Positions 1-13,330 of a DNA stretch of 64,000 nt are shown in pieces. This DNA is from Azolla caroliniana (Eukaryota; Plantae; Polypodiophyta): assembly GCA_043228905.1 (NCBI GenBank), contig JBHGNT010000014.1, positions 19,716,001 through 19,780,000 of the forward strand. Direction: 5' to 3'. Under the pieces are notes generated by a model, which saw nothing but the letters and a program-made list of their open reading frames with translations, ran no database searches and had not been told where the DNA came from. Positions within the stretch are counted from its first letter, which is position 1, and every line of letters starts with the position of its first letter. Both the position numbers and the translations under genes were made by a program.

Positions 1-91
1 TTCACAAAAACAACAAACAAACAAACAAGGAGAGAACATAAAAACAATTTGTAATGAAGAGTTTCTTATAATTAGTTAGTAATGAACACAC

Positions 92-548
92 CTGGTGACA
101 TATTTCACAAATTGTATCTCCTTTCTCGTTACACCATCGTTGGATGCACTTTCGATGAGCATACTGCATCATGCACACGGAAGGATTGGTGAATTAGTAG
201 AACATTTTAACCTTAAAAATAGAAGAGCATTCCATTTGTTGCACCATACACTTTAAACAAGGTTTTAATTCTAAAATGTAAGTTACTACATGTTTTACCA
301 TAATTGGCTGAAACCCAAAGTCATTGGATATAAAAACTATGTGTTATGAAATTTATTATGTTATGTGCAAATCATATAGCATGTTTAGGATTCAGAAGAT
401 GGCCTTATCACCATCATCCCCATCACAATGTCATGGAAAACAATGGCAAGTTTGTGATTCCATCAGCATCACCATTATCACCATAGGTCCATATAATTAT
501 GATATGTATATCTATCTATCTCTGTATATATATATATATATGTATATA

Positions 549-593
<45 letters not shown>

Positions 594-880
594 TGATGAA
601 AGGAGGAGGAGCTTCAAGAGACTGATGATTAGCTCACCTTGAGAGTGCCAGAGCATGCACATGGAGCCTCCAAGTTTGAGATCTCTTCCTCTTCTTGGCA
701 AATCCTACATTCGAATAATACCCCTTCATCGATTTCCAAGACGGAACAATCGGAAGACAAAGAATGTCGTTCAATTTTGGATCTAGGCTTACATTCTCTG
801 AACCCATCTATTAAACACTCATGAACCTCCAAAGAGAGGTACTCAGGTTGCAAATCCATTAAACTGGTTGATATTTCCAT
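92..880 (-). CDS. RING-CH (RINGv/MARCH-type) E3 ubiquitin ligase, 5' exons only (880-638, 163-92); gene continues beyond the left edge
   Basis: Exon 880-638 ends ECRICQEEEEISNLEAPCACSGTLK at AAG|GTGAG. Exon 163-92 follows atgcAG and reads YAHRKCIQRWCNEKGDTICEICHQ, ending CAG|GTGTG. Together they give a complete C4HC3 RING-CH finger. Confidence 0.93.
505..592. repeat. Compound (TA)n/(TG)n microsatellite in the RING-CH intron
   Basis: Seen directly in the sequence. Confidence 0.95.
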
Positions 881-2725
881 CTGGGCTCTTCAAAGTTCAG
901 ATTCTTTGATTGCCTAATTGATTGATGAATGACTGATTGATTGATTAAATTTTTTATGAATGAATTATTGATGAAGAGGCAGGGTACCCTGTTTCTTGTT
1001 AGAGGAGAAGAAAAGTGACAACAAAGGGCATTGAAAGGCACCTCTCTTATATGGTGATAACAACTATATTAACTAAAATAATCATTAAATAAGGGGTGAT
1101 ACCACTACACTATAGCCATGGCATGGCCCTTGACCATTTTCAACCTTTTGTCCCAACCATACCATAACACTATGGTTTCCATATCATACATAATACTATG
1201 CTAATGGAATGGATAAGGACCATCTCATCTTTTGTGTGTGTGAGAGACATAGAGAGGGGGGGTTGTTTTACAATTTCTTCACAATTGTGGACTATGTGGG
1301 GTCTTCACATGTTCAATTCCCACTTGGCCACCCAAGCATTGATGACAATCTAATATTTTCAAACTCATTGAAAGTAGACATCTGGCACTTGAATGGAGCC
1401 TAATTGTTTGCCTCTTAGCCAGCTCCATTTTTGGTTAGGTTACATCATGGAATGAGACATGGTACTTTAAAAAAGTCTTTGGTTCAATGGAAACAACAAG
1501 CTAGACAATGTGGAAATTTTGGGCCCTCCTCTAGGAACGACTTTTTCCTCTCATGATGTTTACTTGGGGTACTACCCTTGGATCTATTGCTACAAAAACG
1601 AGAAATTGTGTATACCACACAGAAGGCGAATTCTTCCAATATTTACAATATAATTGAGTTTGACACTTGCTACAACAACGCAAAATTGTGTATCCACTTG
1701 TATACAATATACTTCTTCCATTATGTTGCCTATTGTCTACAATTACAATTTCTATTTTTCGGTTTTGGATGTTCCTTTAGCACTTTGGCATCCTACCAAG
1801 GGGCGTCAAAACATTTGTTGTCCATTTCTCATTTGGGCTCTTTCGGGGATATGGTCCATTAACAAACATTATATATACTTGCAACATCTCCCACATGTAA
1901 TATGAGGTAGTACTGAAAACTTTGTGCATGTACACACATGTATCTGTTGCCAGTGATTCCTTCATGGGGAATGATCTACCAAGCATATTATGTGTCAAAA
2001 CGTTCGAATGATGCCGCATTGTGTTCGTCTTTTACCATATCAAGTTCTTATAACATGAGCTTCAATTGCACCACTACATTCATTCTTATTTTATTTTTTC
2101 ATGCAAGTCGTTCATTGGAATCTCATAGAAAAGTTGGTGCCCTCTAGAAGGAAAAAAGGAATTCCGAACATTATTCATCTAAGAGAATTGCTCAAAAGAA
2201 TTTGAAGATAAATCTCAAAATCAAATTATAAAACTTCCATCAAACTTATTTGTATCCCAATAACCATGTGGTCCCCTCCACGTAATTTCCGTATCATATC
2301 TTGTGTGATTGTTGTCTTTTCGAAGACATATCAACAATTTTGTTTCCCAACTTCCCTTCTGTATCATCTATGATGCTAAATATTGAGAGCTTTAACATTT
2401 ATGCATGAGGTAAGAACTTAGAAGGGTTATAATATGCTAGTGATGTATTGTGAGCAAGCACTTCACCAATAAAAAAACTAAAGTATTGACTTAGATGTGA
2501 GTGATTGCTTACTACTAACCCACCCAAAACACTTGAATAACTAGATAAAGAATGAGAATATAAATCATTTGCATGGATACGAATCCTCAAAATGTTAGAT
2601 CCACCAATGGAAAATGGATAAGGTTGAAATTCTAAAGAGTTTGGCGGTTGTGTGGTGCAACTTTCCTATACATAAGTAATTACGCTCCAAAAAGTGAGCC
2701 AAATATAAATGAGTTGAGTCAAGCC

Positions 2726-2760
<35 letters not shown>

Positions 2761-3983
2761 TGAGAGAGAGAGAGAACATGTATGTCCTATGGATAAGTTC
2801 AATAAAGTGTTCTCCCATCAATATAACTATTAACACTTTGTTACTAGGGCATATGTGATAAGATACTTCAAGATTTCCACAAGGTCAAGATGTTTGAAAC
2901 TTGTCTTGTAGGGCCTTCATTTGCTTTTTGATATGTCTATTGCGATTCCTTGTTGGACTTCTTTAATATTTTATAACCTTTAAGAGAAAAAGCTCCAAAT
3001 AGAATATGACCTAACATGTTTGAAAAGAATATTACCTTTAAAAGGAGGAAATGCTTAACAATAGACAACCTTTTAAGAGATATTTATCTTCCTCAAAAAA
3101 ATATCTTTGAAAAATATTACCCTCCAAAGTCGGGGTTGATCATTTGTAAAATATGGCCATACATGAGAAAACGTAGGCTATCATAAGGTCAAAAAGTTCA
3201 TTACTGTGAGTACTCCCGCATGCACACCAAACTTAACATCCTTGCTCTTTGAGTTCTTCTGTTGGGCGAAATCCCAAGGATCGGTTTCTCTAGAGATATA
3301 CAAAGATGTCCCGTTTTTTAAGTAGCAAGTCATGGTTTGAGATGCAAGACAATGTTGCAAACAATAATAGTTTTTTTTAACCATCAGCTTGCAAGGTTTT
3401 CATTATTCACTATTGCAAATGGCAAGATTTGATGTGCAGAGTTATTGAGCTACTTACTTGATGAATCAAACATGCTCGAGGACTTCAGATAATGCAAGCT
3501 ATTAGTATTGTTGAAATGTCAATTGAACATGTCCGCAAACGATTACCAAAATGATTTAAATATTTCTATCAAGACAAAAAAGTCATGGAATGGTTTATCT
3601 CTTTCCCCAAAATGCGGGTTGTGCCGTTTTGTTTTTGCCCTTTCCTTTTCCAGTATATTTCTTCACTTTAACTTAAAAGGAAGTCGTATAATAGTTCAAT
3701 GAATATGTTTAATATCCCATTACTACAAAAGAAGAATGAAAAATCAATCAATATTTTTTTGGAAAAAAAAATAACAAATAAAAACCAATCAATATGTATT
3801 GTTTCTTTTCTGTGACTTTGACCAAGTATTTTCATGCATTTGTTAACATAGCTCACGGGGGGAAATGATGTTATTACACGCTTAAATAAGTGAATGTATG
3901 GCATTATGAAGTAGTTTACATATTTTAAAACGATCATAAATTATGGGTTTCCCTTACTTTACTAAAGCCCATTATCCGCCCTT

Positions 3984-4044
3984 ATAAGTATGGTATTTTG
4001 GGTATATACATAATGAATGTATATACCCAAAATACCATACTTAT
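3984..4044. repeat. Perfect 28-bp inverted repeat with a 5-nt loop
   Basis: ataagtatggtattttgggtatatacat (3984-4011), loop aatga, exact reverse complement at 4017-4044. Confidence 0.95.
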
Positions 4045-6289
4045 GGTATTTATTATGTACGTACGTATGTGTGTGTGTGTGTGTGTGTGTATGTGAACTA
4101 TATAGAAGCTAAATAACATGTAACTAGTTCTACTTTAACTCAAACTTAAATTTGGAATTCTTTCCACAAGAAAATCATAGCAATTGTTTTCTACCATTAA
4201 GCAAATGATGACAAGAGGGATTTGCCTTCCCATTTTTTCAAAAGCCACTCCATGAATTTGGATTCAACATGTGTAGACATTTAAATCATTCATTGTAATG
4301 GAATAGCAAAAAAACATATTAGACATGTTTCCTTAAACTCGTACTTTTATTACAAGACATAATTTCAACATATAAATTTTTATAGTAATCTTGCAACTAA
4401 GATTCATGTAGCATTACTTTTATTCTATTAACATGTAGTCTTCCTTGAGGTTCTCAATGGCACATGTGGGTTGAACGATGAACTTATCTATTGTTGTTGC
4501 AATGGGTGTTTGCGAGATAGGCCTCGATTTTCAAGGTAGACAAAATGAGTATTATTTTAGGAGTAGACATATGTGCACATGTATATTCAATATGCATATG
4601 CCATGCTTGCCTTAACCTTGAAGCATTTTACACTTTCTAGTCTAACAAACAATTCCGCACATGTATTATTTATACTCAAAACCTGGATTGTGCATCATTA
4701 ATCTTCGCGGACTAGTCTCCTCTTGCCTCGAATGAAGAATACAATTCTTTAACATTGAGAATTAAAGGGCAACAACTATAAAGTCTAATAACAAATAATA
4801 TATTTGACAATTCATATTTCAAAATCTTCACCATACTAGTTGAAGATTTACGTTCCACAAAAGAGACTAAATGTTGTCCATTATTCTTTCAACTTTTCCC
4901 ATCAATAAGAACCCATAGCTTTCCAAAAAAGTGTGTGATTCTCACCCACCATTCTTTCAACTTTACCAAGAGGATGCAATGATAGTTCAACATAATACAA
5001 CAAAGATTGATTTTGTGGAGAAAATATGATCATGCTCTAAGATTCATGGCTTTTAAACGTGACTTAAAACAAGATTCAATGGATAAGTGTAAACACATAC
5101 TTAGGTTAAAGCACAAAATATGCATCATAACATGACATTACAAATATTCATAGTGGTTTTTGTTTTCTCATACATCGTTGGTTAAAATACAAAGATAAAC
5201 AAAAAAACCAAAGTTAATCTTCACACAATTATCAAGAAACCACTCCCTTGTATTGAGCCATCTCACTATGGGTTTGAGAACCAAAAAGCTGATTGCCTAG
5301 TGATGCAATCTGAAAAAATAATGAGTGATTTCAGACTAATCATTCCATCCCCAAAATCAAAGGATCAGTTGAAGTTTTGTATTAAAGAGACAAGCATCCA
5401 CCTCCATTCCCTGCCACCTATTGTCTAACCTACCTACTCTTTTGGAGGCTGTTCATGCCTTAACCACATGCATACTAAAGATTGACTATCCATTCTCTAG
5501 CTTATGCCGGATATCATTTAACAGACACATGAAAGCACAGAACCAAAACCAAATTAAGGTACAAATACTTACAAATCTTGTAGCAAATTCCTCGCATTTT
5601 ATTGACATGGTATCAATATGCTTGAAGGGAAGCCTTCTAAATATGTGAGGTTTATGCAGACTAAATTTGATAAAATCCTACAATGCCAATTGTCAACATC
5701 CTTACTTTGTGGGTTTCAGTCATGACATCTTTGACAGTATTTATGGCAACATCCACATTCTCAACACTAAATTTTCAAATTCCACCATTTCATTCATACC
5801 AGAATGGCAAGATATTAGAAGAATCAGATAATCAACATTAGACCATGCAGGTTAAATCCCATTATCAGCATATAAAACAACTATGCTTTATGCAAACTCA
5901 AATCGATCTGTATTTTAGTTACTCGTGTACATAAAATAAATGCTCATTTAAGACTCGTTTTATTCTTCAAAATATCAGTCCCACTGGATTACTCCACTGA
6001 ATGAAAGGTTTAAGATCTAGCTTCTCTCCCTCCAATTATAGAGAACTGAATGATGGACCATCAAACAATGGCCATTACAATCATGGGAAGCAAGGGAAGA
6101 GGAAAGCAAATGCAAAATCTCCTTTCCTCTTGACAAAAATAAAAGTAAATGATACACAACCCTCCATGCTTGTCGAAAATTCGCATGCTGTTAACAAAGT
6201 ACACAGCAGACAAAAGAAACTTGTGATTGTATTCTATACAAATAATCAGTCAAAAAACCCTTCTTACAAAACTGAAAGATGTCAGTTAC

Positions 6290-9200
6290 TCAGTTAGCCA
6301 AAGGTCCAAAAATGTTTCCTCCTTCCAATAGTAGAGAACTATGATGATGAACCATGAACCAATGGTCACAATGGTATTCAAACACATTTGTAGTCAACAA
6401 TGGTTCTGTAGATGAATTAATAAATTCTTTTACTGTTATCCAGGCCATGTTTCCAACGACCCGAACTCGCTCATCCTGAAGTTCAAACTCAAATCTTTGA
6501 TTCAAGCTAAATATAGTGCGCCATTGTTGCATGACAGCATCATACCTAAATTTAACATCACCAAATAAAATTAGATATGATTAAAATGAGGGATCACACC
6601 AAATTACCCCTAACTCTGGCAACTTTGGGTAATTTAAGGGTATACTGGGAAAAAACCAAAAAAGTTCTGAAAATGTAGTGTTTCACACTAAATTAGATTG
6701 GTGATAATCTTCTCTATAATAATTATTTTGTTATCTTTTCTACCCGCATAGAAGTTCCCCATTTGGATGTATACATTTGATGTAGTCTGAATTCAACCAA
6801 AGTCGATTCATTCCCTTTATGGACTTCATTTGAAAATACTTGTAGAAATTTCTATCAGCTTCTAGCACAGCTTTGGTGACAGCATAGTGAGCTTTCCAGC
6901 CATCTGGTGTCAGTACACAGCTCTGTTCTACAGTGAAGTCCTGCATAAGAACATATACAGAAAAACAAGTGTTGGAAGTGTCTTTTTCTTCTCACCTGAC
7001 GAACAAGTATGACTAAAACCAATTGATTTCCTTGGGACTCAAGTCAACAGTACATAAATATAAAATATATCCTATCAATAATTAACCATTATAATATATG
7101 TATAAAGTCAAATTGCCCCAGTCGGTTTCCAGGTGGAAAAAATTAAAGCTTATTTTTATAACTTTCTCCAGGTTCTCCATTTAGGCATTGTTGTATATCT
7201 TACTATGGTTGGTTCAATTCTTCATGTTTTGTCTTTGCTTCTAGCAATAGTTACTAGATAAGCAATGGAATATGAAGAGAACAATCTAGGAATCTGACTC
7301 AGTGTATAGTATGTGATGTATCAAACAAATATACATATACCACATATATATGTATGTGTTTGGTAGGATGTTTTAACTATTTTGATATAAGTAAATATGA
7401 GTGCATCATATATATATTAGATAACTCACGAATGCTTGTGAATTTAAAATAGACTATTGTTTATGTTTTCTCATTGTTTCCAACCAAGGTGTCGGTAATG
7501 ATGCCTCACCCTCCTGTGTTCAATGGAGAGACTCACAATCCCTCTAAACCCTTAATTATTTCCTTTAGGAGTCTAGGAATGCCCTAATTGCTATTCCTAA
7601 ATAACCATGCATCACAAAAATAGTAAATCTTGTGTGTGAACCATTCTTTCTATATCATCTTATTACTATTTTTAATTGATACTCTTTTCGAGGATAATTC
7701 TCATGCTAGATCTTTTTTTCTCTTGTACAAGATTACATAAGTCAAGGTCACAGCCATCGCCAAAGATAATGGATATTCAGAAGAGAAGTAGCAACCACAC
7801 ATTCCTCTATACATGTTGGTCAACTTCATCCTTCCATTTCATATTAGTGGGGTTAGCTGATCAGATCATTTTTATAACTTACACAAATTTGTCTAACTGA
7901 TGCCCCACCAAGGTTGAATTGGTGCCTGTTTCCCAGAAGTAACATAAAAAGTCCGTAAAATTCTCCGACATAAGGCGCGATTCTTCTGTTGCACGATGGT
8001 TCAAACCTCAAGAAATTGAAAAGATAGGACACATTCAATACCCTCTATACATCCTTCTATACTTTGTTTTGAGCTTTAAAACACCCCTTTATTAAAAAAA
8101 TGGTGGTGTTACTTTGTTCTTTTACGACATTATTTAATAATCATTTTATTCTTAATTCCTCCCCCAGAACTCTTGAAATCAAGCCAGACAACATTGCATG
8201 GCCATTGAGAAACGGTTAGAGGGCTAGTAGTAAATAAGCAAGAGGAGCACACACCAATCCCAGGGTGTGTGCATCTATACATAATACTGTGACATATAGA
8301 GTCACAATATTACAATAATAAAAAGTCACAGTATTGAGACATAAAATCACAATATTAGGTCGGGAGCTAAATAACATCACTTAAACACTAAACTGAGGTA
8401 TAAATGGGCAGGCAAAGAGTGCCATCCGTTTTAATGATAAACCCTCTCTGAATAACCTTGCCATCCAGTGAGTGTTCTAAGGATGCACTCCCTTTCAATG
8501 ATAAACCCTCTCTGGATATTCTTACCATCCAGTGAGCAGGCTACGAGTCCACTCCCTTTTAATGATAATCCCTCTCTGAACATCCTTACCATACAGTGAG
8601 CATGACACCGAATGCCACCAGCAAAGATCCTCTCTTGGGGGAACCTCCTTCCACAGTTTAGGGTTTAGTTTTGGTCATTCGTTGTATACTCGTTATAAAT
8701 TCACCGTTCAGCACATGCAGCCCTCAAAGGCCGATATTCCTAGAGATATTCTTGCATGTCCTTTATTGCTTCTTCAAACTCAAGGAATTGGAATATCTTC
8801 CTGAACTCAATCTGCCCTTTAAGATTTGGGTTGGATGCAATGAGCTCCGACATGCTTGCTCAAGGTTTCCAATCATCATGCTTGTACAGGAAAACCAACC
8901 GCATTCACTCTTTTTCAAGAGCTTCTATCTCATCTAAGCTCAACCATGCATGTCATATATGTTCCATTGTAAATTCCTTTGCTTCGTGACCTGTGCACAT
9001 GAACGGGTTGGGTTCCCAACTCTTCATTCCTTGTAGTCATCCTATTTCATTTGCAAGGATGATGGTATTTTGAGTGGCCTTTCTTCTGTTTTTCTGCTAT
9101 TGTTTCCTACACACAAAGTAGGCATTTCACTTTTCCTCTAGCTGAGCATAGCAGCATATTTTAGTTCTGGAAGCTCAAGCCTGTGTTGAGTACCCATGGG

Positions 9201-9579
9201 GCAATTCCTCGTTTTACTCCTCGCAATAAATTTGCCACTCTTGGAGGGAAAAGAACATAATCAGAACCCCTCATTTAATCTTGAAGGTTCCATTGATTTT
9301 ATTGGCTTGGCAAGGAGAGGATCTCCTAGTTACTGTATGTGTTCCAAAGACTATGAGGTCCTCGGATGTAGGTCTTTGATCACTTGTTAGATAGCACAGT
9401 AAAATGGAGAAAGAACATCACAATATATCAGAAACCCCAAAATCCTAGATTATCTAAAACAAAGAGGAACAATAAAAAAATCATGTCTAGGAAATAAATC
9501 TACAGAAAAAGAACAAAAAGTACAGCCTAAGCCACGAAAAACAAAGAGATCATGTTCAAATGAGGGAAAAAATATCAAT

Positions 9580-9630
<51 letters not shown>

Positions 9631-11666
9631 TTTTAAGGTCATCAAGAGGAAGAAATGACCTATAGCAGAGAGTGTTACAAGATACATCTCCCTTGCTGGA
9701 AAGGAGGGTGTAGCCACATATTGTTCACGTAATTTCTTAAGACTTAAGGACACTCCTGTGCTTAAGAAGACAGATGGGACTAGCAACCATTACAAAGAAT
9801 TTTTCCTAACCATGTATGCGAGGGCTTTTAGAATGGTATAAGGAAAAGAAAATGTATAAGCTGAAATAAAGAACCACCAAGCTAGATATCAAATTTCGAT
9901 GTTCTGATCTTTTATTAATTTTTTCCTGGTCAAGTAATGCAAACATCACTGGTGATAGTTTACTTTCTAGTTAGAAGTTCTTGAAAGCTAAGTACAACTT
10001 TGTATGAGACTCTAAAAATCATGCCTAACAGCATCATAAGGGAGGCATTCCAATTTCCAAAACACATATTCCTCTGTTGTTAAAAACGTTGAGGCAGCTA
10101 TCTTTCATTGGCACCTCTGCCTCTCACGCAACACATTACATACACCCATGCATTCAAGTGGGCAGAGAATCACATTCACAGCAATGGAGACCAAGAGTAC
10201 AAAGCTACATGGTCCATGTACCCTTCAACCATCTCTGAGTTTCCCATAGTTACCTAAACACAGATAAATGCTCCATCATTTCATCTCCATTAAAACCAAT
10301 CTGAAGTTTGAACAATGTGTCCCCTTATCATTACTCTTCACATACATACTCGTTATGCAATTCATGCTTGTAATACTACCCCAAGAATCACTGTGAATGG
10401 CAAACCCATCTTATACAATGAGTTCATTGTCATTAATTTTTAGGAGACCTGGTATCGTTTATTTTCCAGCATGGACAATCAGATCAGAAGCTACTTGTAT
10501 TTGTCTCTTTGGGTAGCCTCCAATGGATTTTAACCTCTCTCATACATACACAAAGCAAAATGTACCTTGTGAAATAACGCCTTCCATATGCTATCGTCAT
10601 TAGCTACTTGACTCATGCAAGAATTTGTCATGGAAACATTGCAAAGACTTCGATAATCTAGGTAACTAAGCATGTGTTGTGTTATCTCTGGTACAAGCTG
10701 CTCCATAATGGAAGCTCCAGACTGCAAAGAAGGAAGAAAGTGAAAATGAAAATGAAGAATAATGAACATAATTATGGAAAAGAAGTTCTAGGCAGGAAAA
10801 AGGACAAGATGAAGAAGATGGTGATGATGATAATGAAAACGATCTTGATAATTAAAAAAAATGCCTCTCTGAATCTCAGGACTGTAAAAAGTAAGAAGAA
10901 CGAGAACAATATACCTCTTTCTGAAGCTCTAGACAGTGAAAAAGAAACTTGTCAACACGAGGAAAAAAGGAAGAAGAAGGAGAAATAGAAATAAATCAGA
11001 CGGAGATGAGGATGAGGATGATGAAGAAAACAGAAATAATATACTTCTTTCCAAAGCTCTTGACAGAGAAAACTGAAGAACACGAAGATACTCGGTTTGA
11101 ACCTGAACAAGGACGAAGTAAAATAGAAAGACATCTAAGAGGATGAAGACGAATACAAACAGAATAAATATCCCCTAAACAAAATCTTTGAACTGCGAAG
11201 TGTAAGTTATAGACCGAGAAGGAGGAAGAAGAAAGGGAACGAAATAATGTCTGTTTCGAGGAGTTCTAAACTGTCAAAAGATACATCCATACAAAAAAAA
11301 AAAAGGAAATACATGCATGTTTCTGAAGCTGAAAGAATGAGAAAGAAGAAGCGGGGGAGAAAAAAAGATATAATCTGATCGATGAAGAAGAAACTTCCTG
11401 TTTCTGTAGGCGTAGCAAGGAGAAAGTGTAAAAGAAAAAGGGAAACAAAATGATTATGATGATGATGATGAAGAAGAAGAAGAAGAGAAGGAAAATACCT
11501 GTTTCTGAAGCTGAAAATCGTCCGCTTCTTCTGAGATCTTTACTTCAGGGGAGTGTGGAATATCGGGCTTCAAGAATAAGTTCCTTCGGTTTCTCACGAG
11601 GAGGTAGACGAGGAAGAAGACGGGGACAGATATGGCAGAGGGGGCCAGAACAGAGAAAGCTCCCAT
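6290..11666 (-). CDS. SKIP8: F-box protein SKIP8-like (N-terminal hydrophobic segment, F-box, SnoaL/NTF2-like domain); exons 11666-11499, 10721-10566, 6940-6744, 6545-6290
   Basis: MEQLVPEITQHMLSYLDYRSLCNVSMTNS..ANDDSIWKALFHK|DFTVEQ..GWKAHYAVTKAV..WLNSDYIKCIHPNGE..G|YDAVMQQW..TNVFEYH..WFMVHHHSS matches the plant SKIP8 architecture. All junctions are GT-AG and phase-compatible (0,0,2). Exon 1 (MGAFSVLAPSAISVPVFFLVYLLVRNRR) is the least certain. Confidence 0.9.
8417..8610. repeat. Three diverged 64-bp tandem repeats in SKIP8 intron 2
   Basis: Core aatgataa(a/t)ccctctctg...ccat(c/a)cagtgag at 8433, 8497 and 8561. Confidence 0.85.
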
Positions 11667-11818
11667 CGCAGGGAGGGAACCCTAATTTCCCGACTGAGTT
11701 TCTGTGCAGCGACCATGGAAGCTTCTTCTGCTCGTCCCGTGGGAGCACCACACGGTCGTCTTCTCAGACATCCCTCAGCGAAGGAAAATCGAAAGGAACT
11801 CTCGTGCATCGATCGCAT

Positions 11819-12060
11819 GGTCGCGTTTCTTGTTTTCGGTTCGGTTCTTCCTCTTTAGGTTCGGTTTCAGGCTCGGCCTCGCGACACAGTTCGGCTTTCA
11901 ATAACATACATACCCACACTTCTGTGTAATTCAGGCTCGGGCTCGCGACACAGTTCTGTGCGTCGCCTGGGTCGCGTTTCTTGTTTTCGGTTCGGTTCTT
12001 CTTCTTTAGGTTCGGATTCAGGCTCGGGCTCGCGATACAGTTCGGGATTCAATAACATAC
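11819..12060. repeat. ~90-bp direct duplication (150-bp spacing) just upstream of the SKIP8-like start
   Basis: ggtcgcgtttcttgttttcggttcggttcttc..tttaggttcgg..caggctcgg..ttcaataacatac at 11819 and 11969, with a partial third copy between them. Confidence 0.85.
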
Positions 12061-12529
12061 AAATAATACAAATACACAGACTTATAGAATAGAAGTGTCG
12101 CCTTCGCCTTGCCTTTGCTTCGGTCCGCGTCTTAGGTTCGGGCTCGGTTAGGTTCGGGGAATTTATGAGACTCTCAAATTTCTGCTTCCCTTTTTGGTTC
12201 GGTATTCTCCCTTAGGTTCGGACTCCCGGCCACTCGGTGACATGGTCACGAGAAAATGGCACCCAACGGTGTCGTGATTCTTCTTGCCGTGAAACCCGTC
12301 CCGTGCCTTGTGCTTTTGTCGGCCTCCTGTCAGGAGCTCTTCATTTCTCCAAGAGATGGCTCAGACTTATATATGATCATGCCCCTGTCTGGACACTGTC
12401 TTTTTCAGCCACGATGAATCTGAAACCCCACCCTTTTTGTAGGCTCGGCGGTGGCTCGTGAATCTCCGGAAAATCAAATTTAAAAACGTGCCATTAGTGT
12501 TCTTCTTGCATTCAGATTTGGGTTTTGAG

Positions 12530-13330
12530 TAGGAATCGGCAACGGCTCGGCTCAAGCCTAAACCGTTTAGATAAACCGGTTTAGACCGGTTTGGCGGTTT
12601 GGCGGCTCGGCTCGACTCGGCTTAGGTTTGAGTCGGGTTAAACGGTTTGAGCTCGGCTCGGCTCGGCTCAAGTTGTGCTAAACCGGCTCAAACCGGCTAA
12701 GCCGATTATTAAAATTAGGTCACAGTAAAAGTTAAAACACTTAAAAAGTTAAAACACTTAAAAAGGTTAAAGTCTACAGTCTTAAGACTTAAGTCTTACA
12801 CTACGACTCACAATCTACAGTCTACAGAGATCAGAGAGAGAGAGCTCGGAGAGGGGCTCGAGAGGGAGACTGAGGGAGAGCGACTGAGTGAGAGAGGATC
12901 TCCTGCAGGCTGCAACCTTCACCCTTTACCCTTCTACAATCGTCCTTAAATTTTGATCCTTGCAAACTGTTTCAATCGTCCTTAAATTCACTAATTGTTC
13001 AGTGTTTTACTTGTTTTTATCGGTCTTCATCAAGTCTTTAGTGTTTTACTTGTTCACTAATTGTTCAGTGTTTTACTTGTTTAGGGTTAGGAGGATTTAA
13101 CATATATTTCAATTTGTCAAGTTACAATAATCCAAACCGCTTCCCAAACCGCTTTCCAAACCGTTTCCTAAACCAGTTTAGACTAAACCGGTTTAGCCTA
13201 AACCAGTTTAGGGACTGGTTCGGTTCGGTTTGGTTCAAGTTTGAGAACCATTAAACGGTTTAGGCTTAGCCGGTTTGGCTTGGATAAGGCCAAACCGGCT
13301 AAGCCTAAACCGAGCCGTTGCCGATTCCTA
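12530..13330. mobile_element. Non-autonomous hAT-family DNA transposon (MITE), 801 bp, intact ends
   Basis: 21-bp perfect TIRs TAGGAATCGGCAACGGCTCGG / CCGAGCCGTTGCCGATTCCTA. 8-bp TSD GTTTTGAG at 12522-12529 and 13331-13338. Dense subterminal AAACCG/CGGTTT motifs, no ORF. Confidence 0.93.

Noticed and set aside
324-701. ORFs with IYIYIY / CVCVCV / THTHTH runs
   Set aside because: Translations of an intronic TA/TG microsatellite.
10674-11929. Plus-strand Lys/Glu/Arg-rich ORFs
   Set aside because: Antisense readings of the pyrimidine-rich SKIP8 intron 1 and exon 1.
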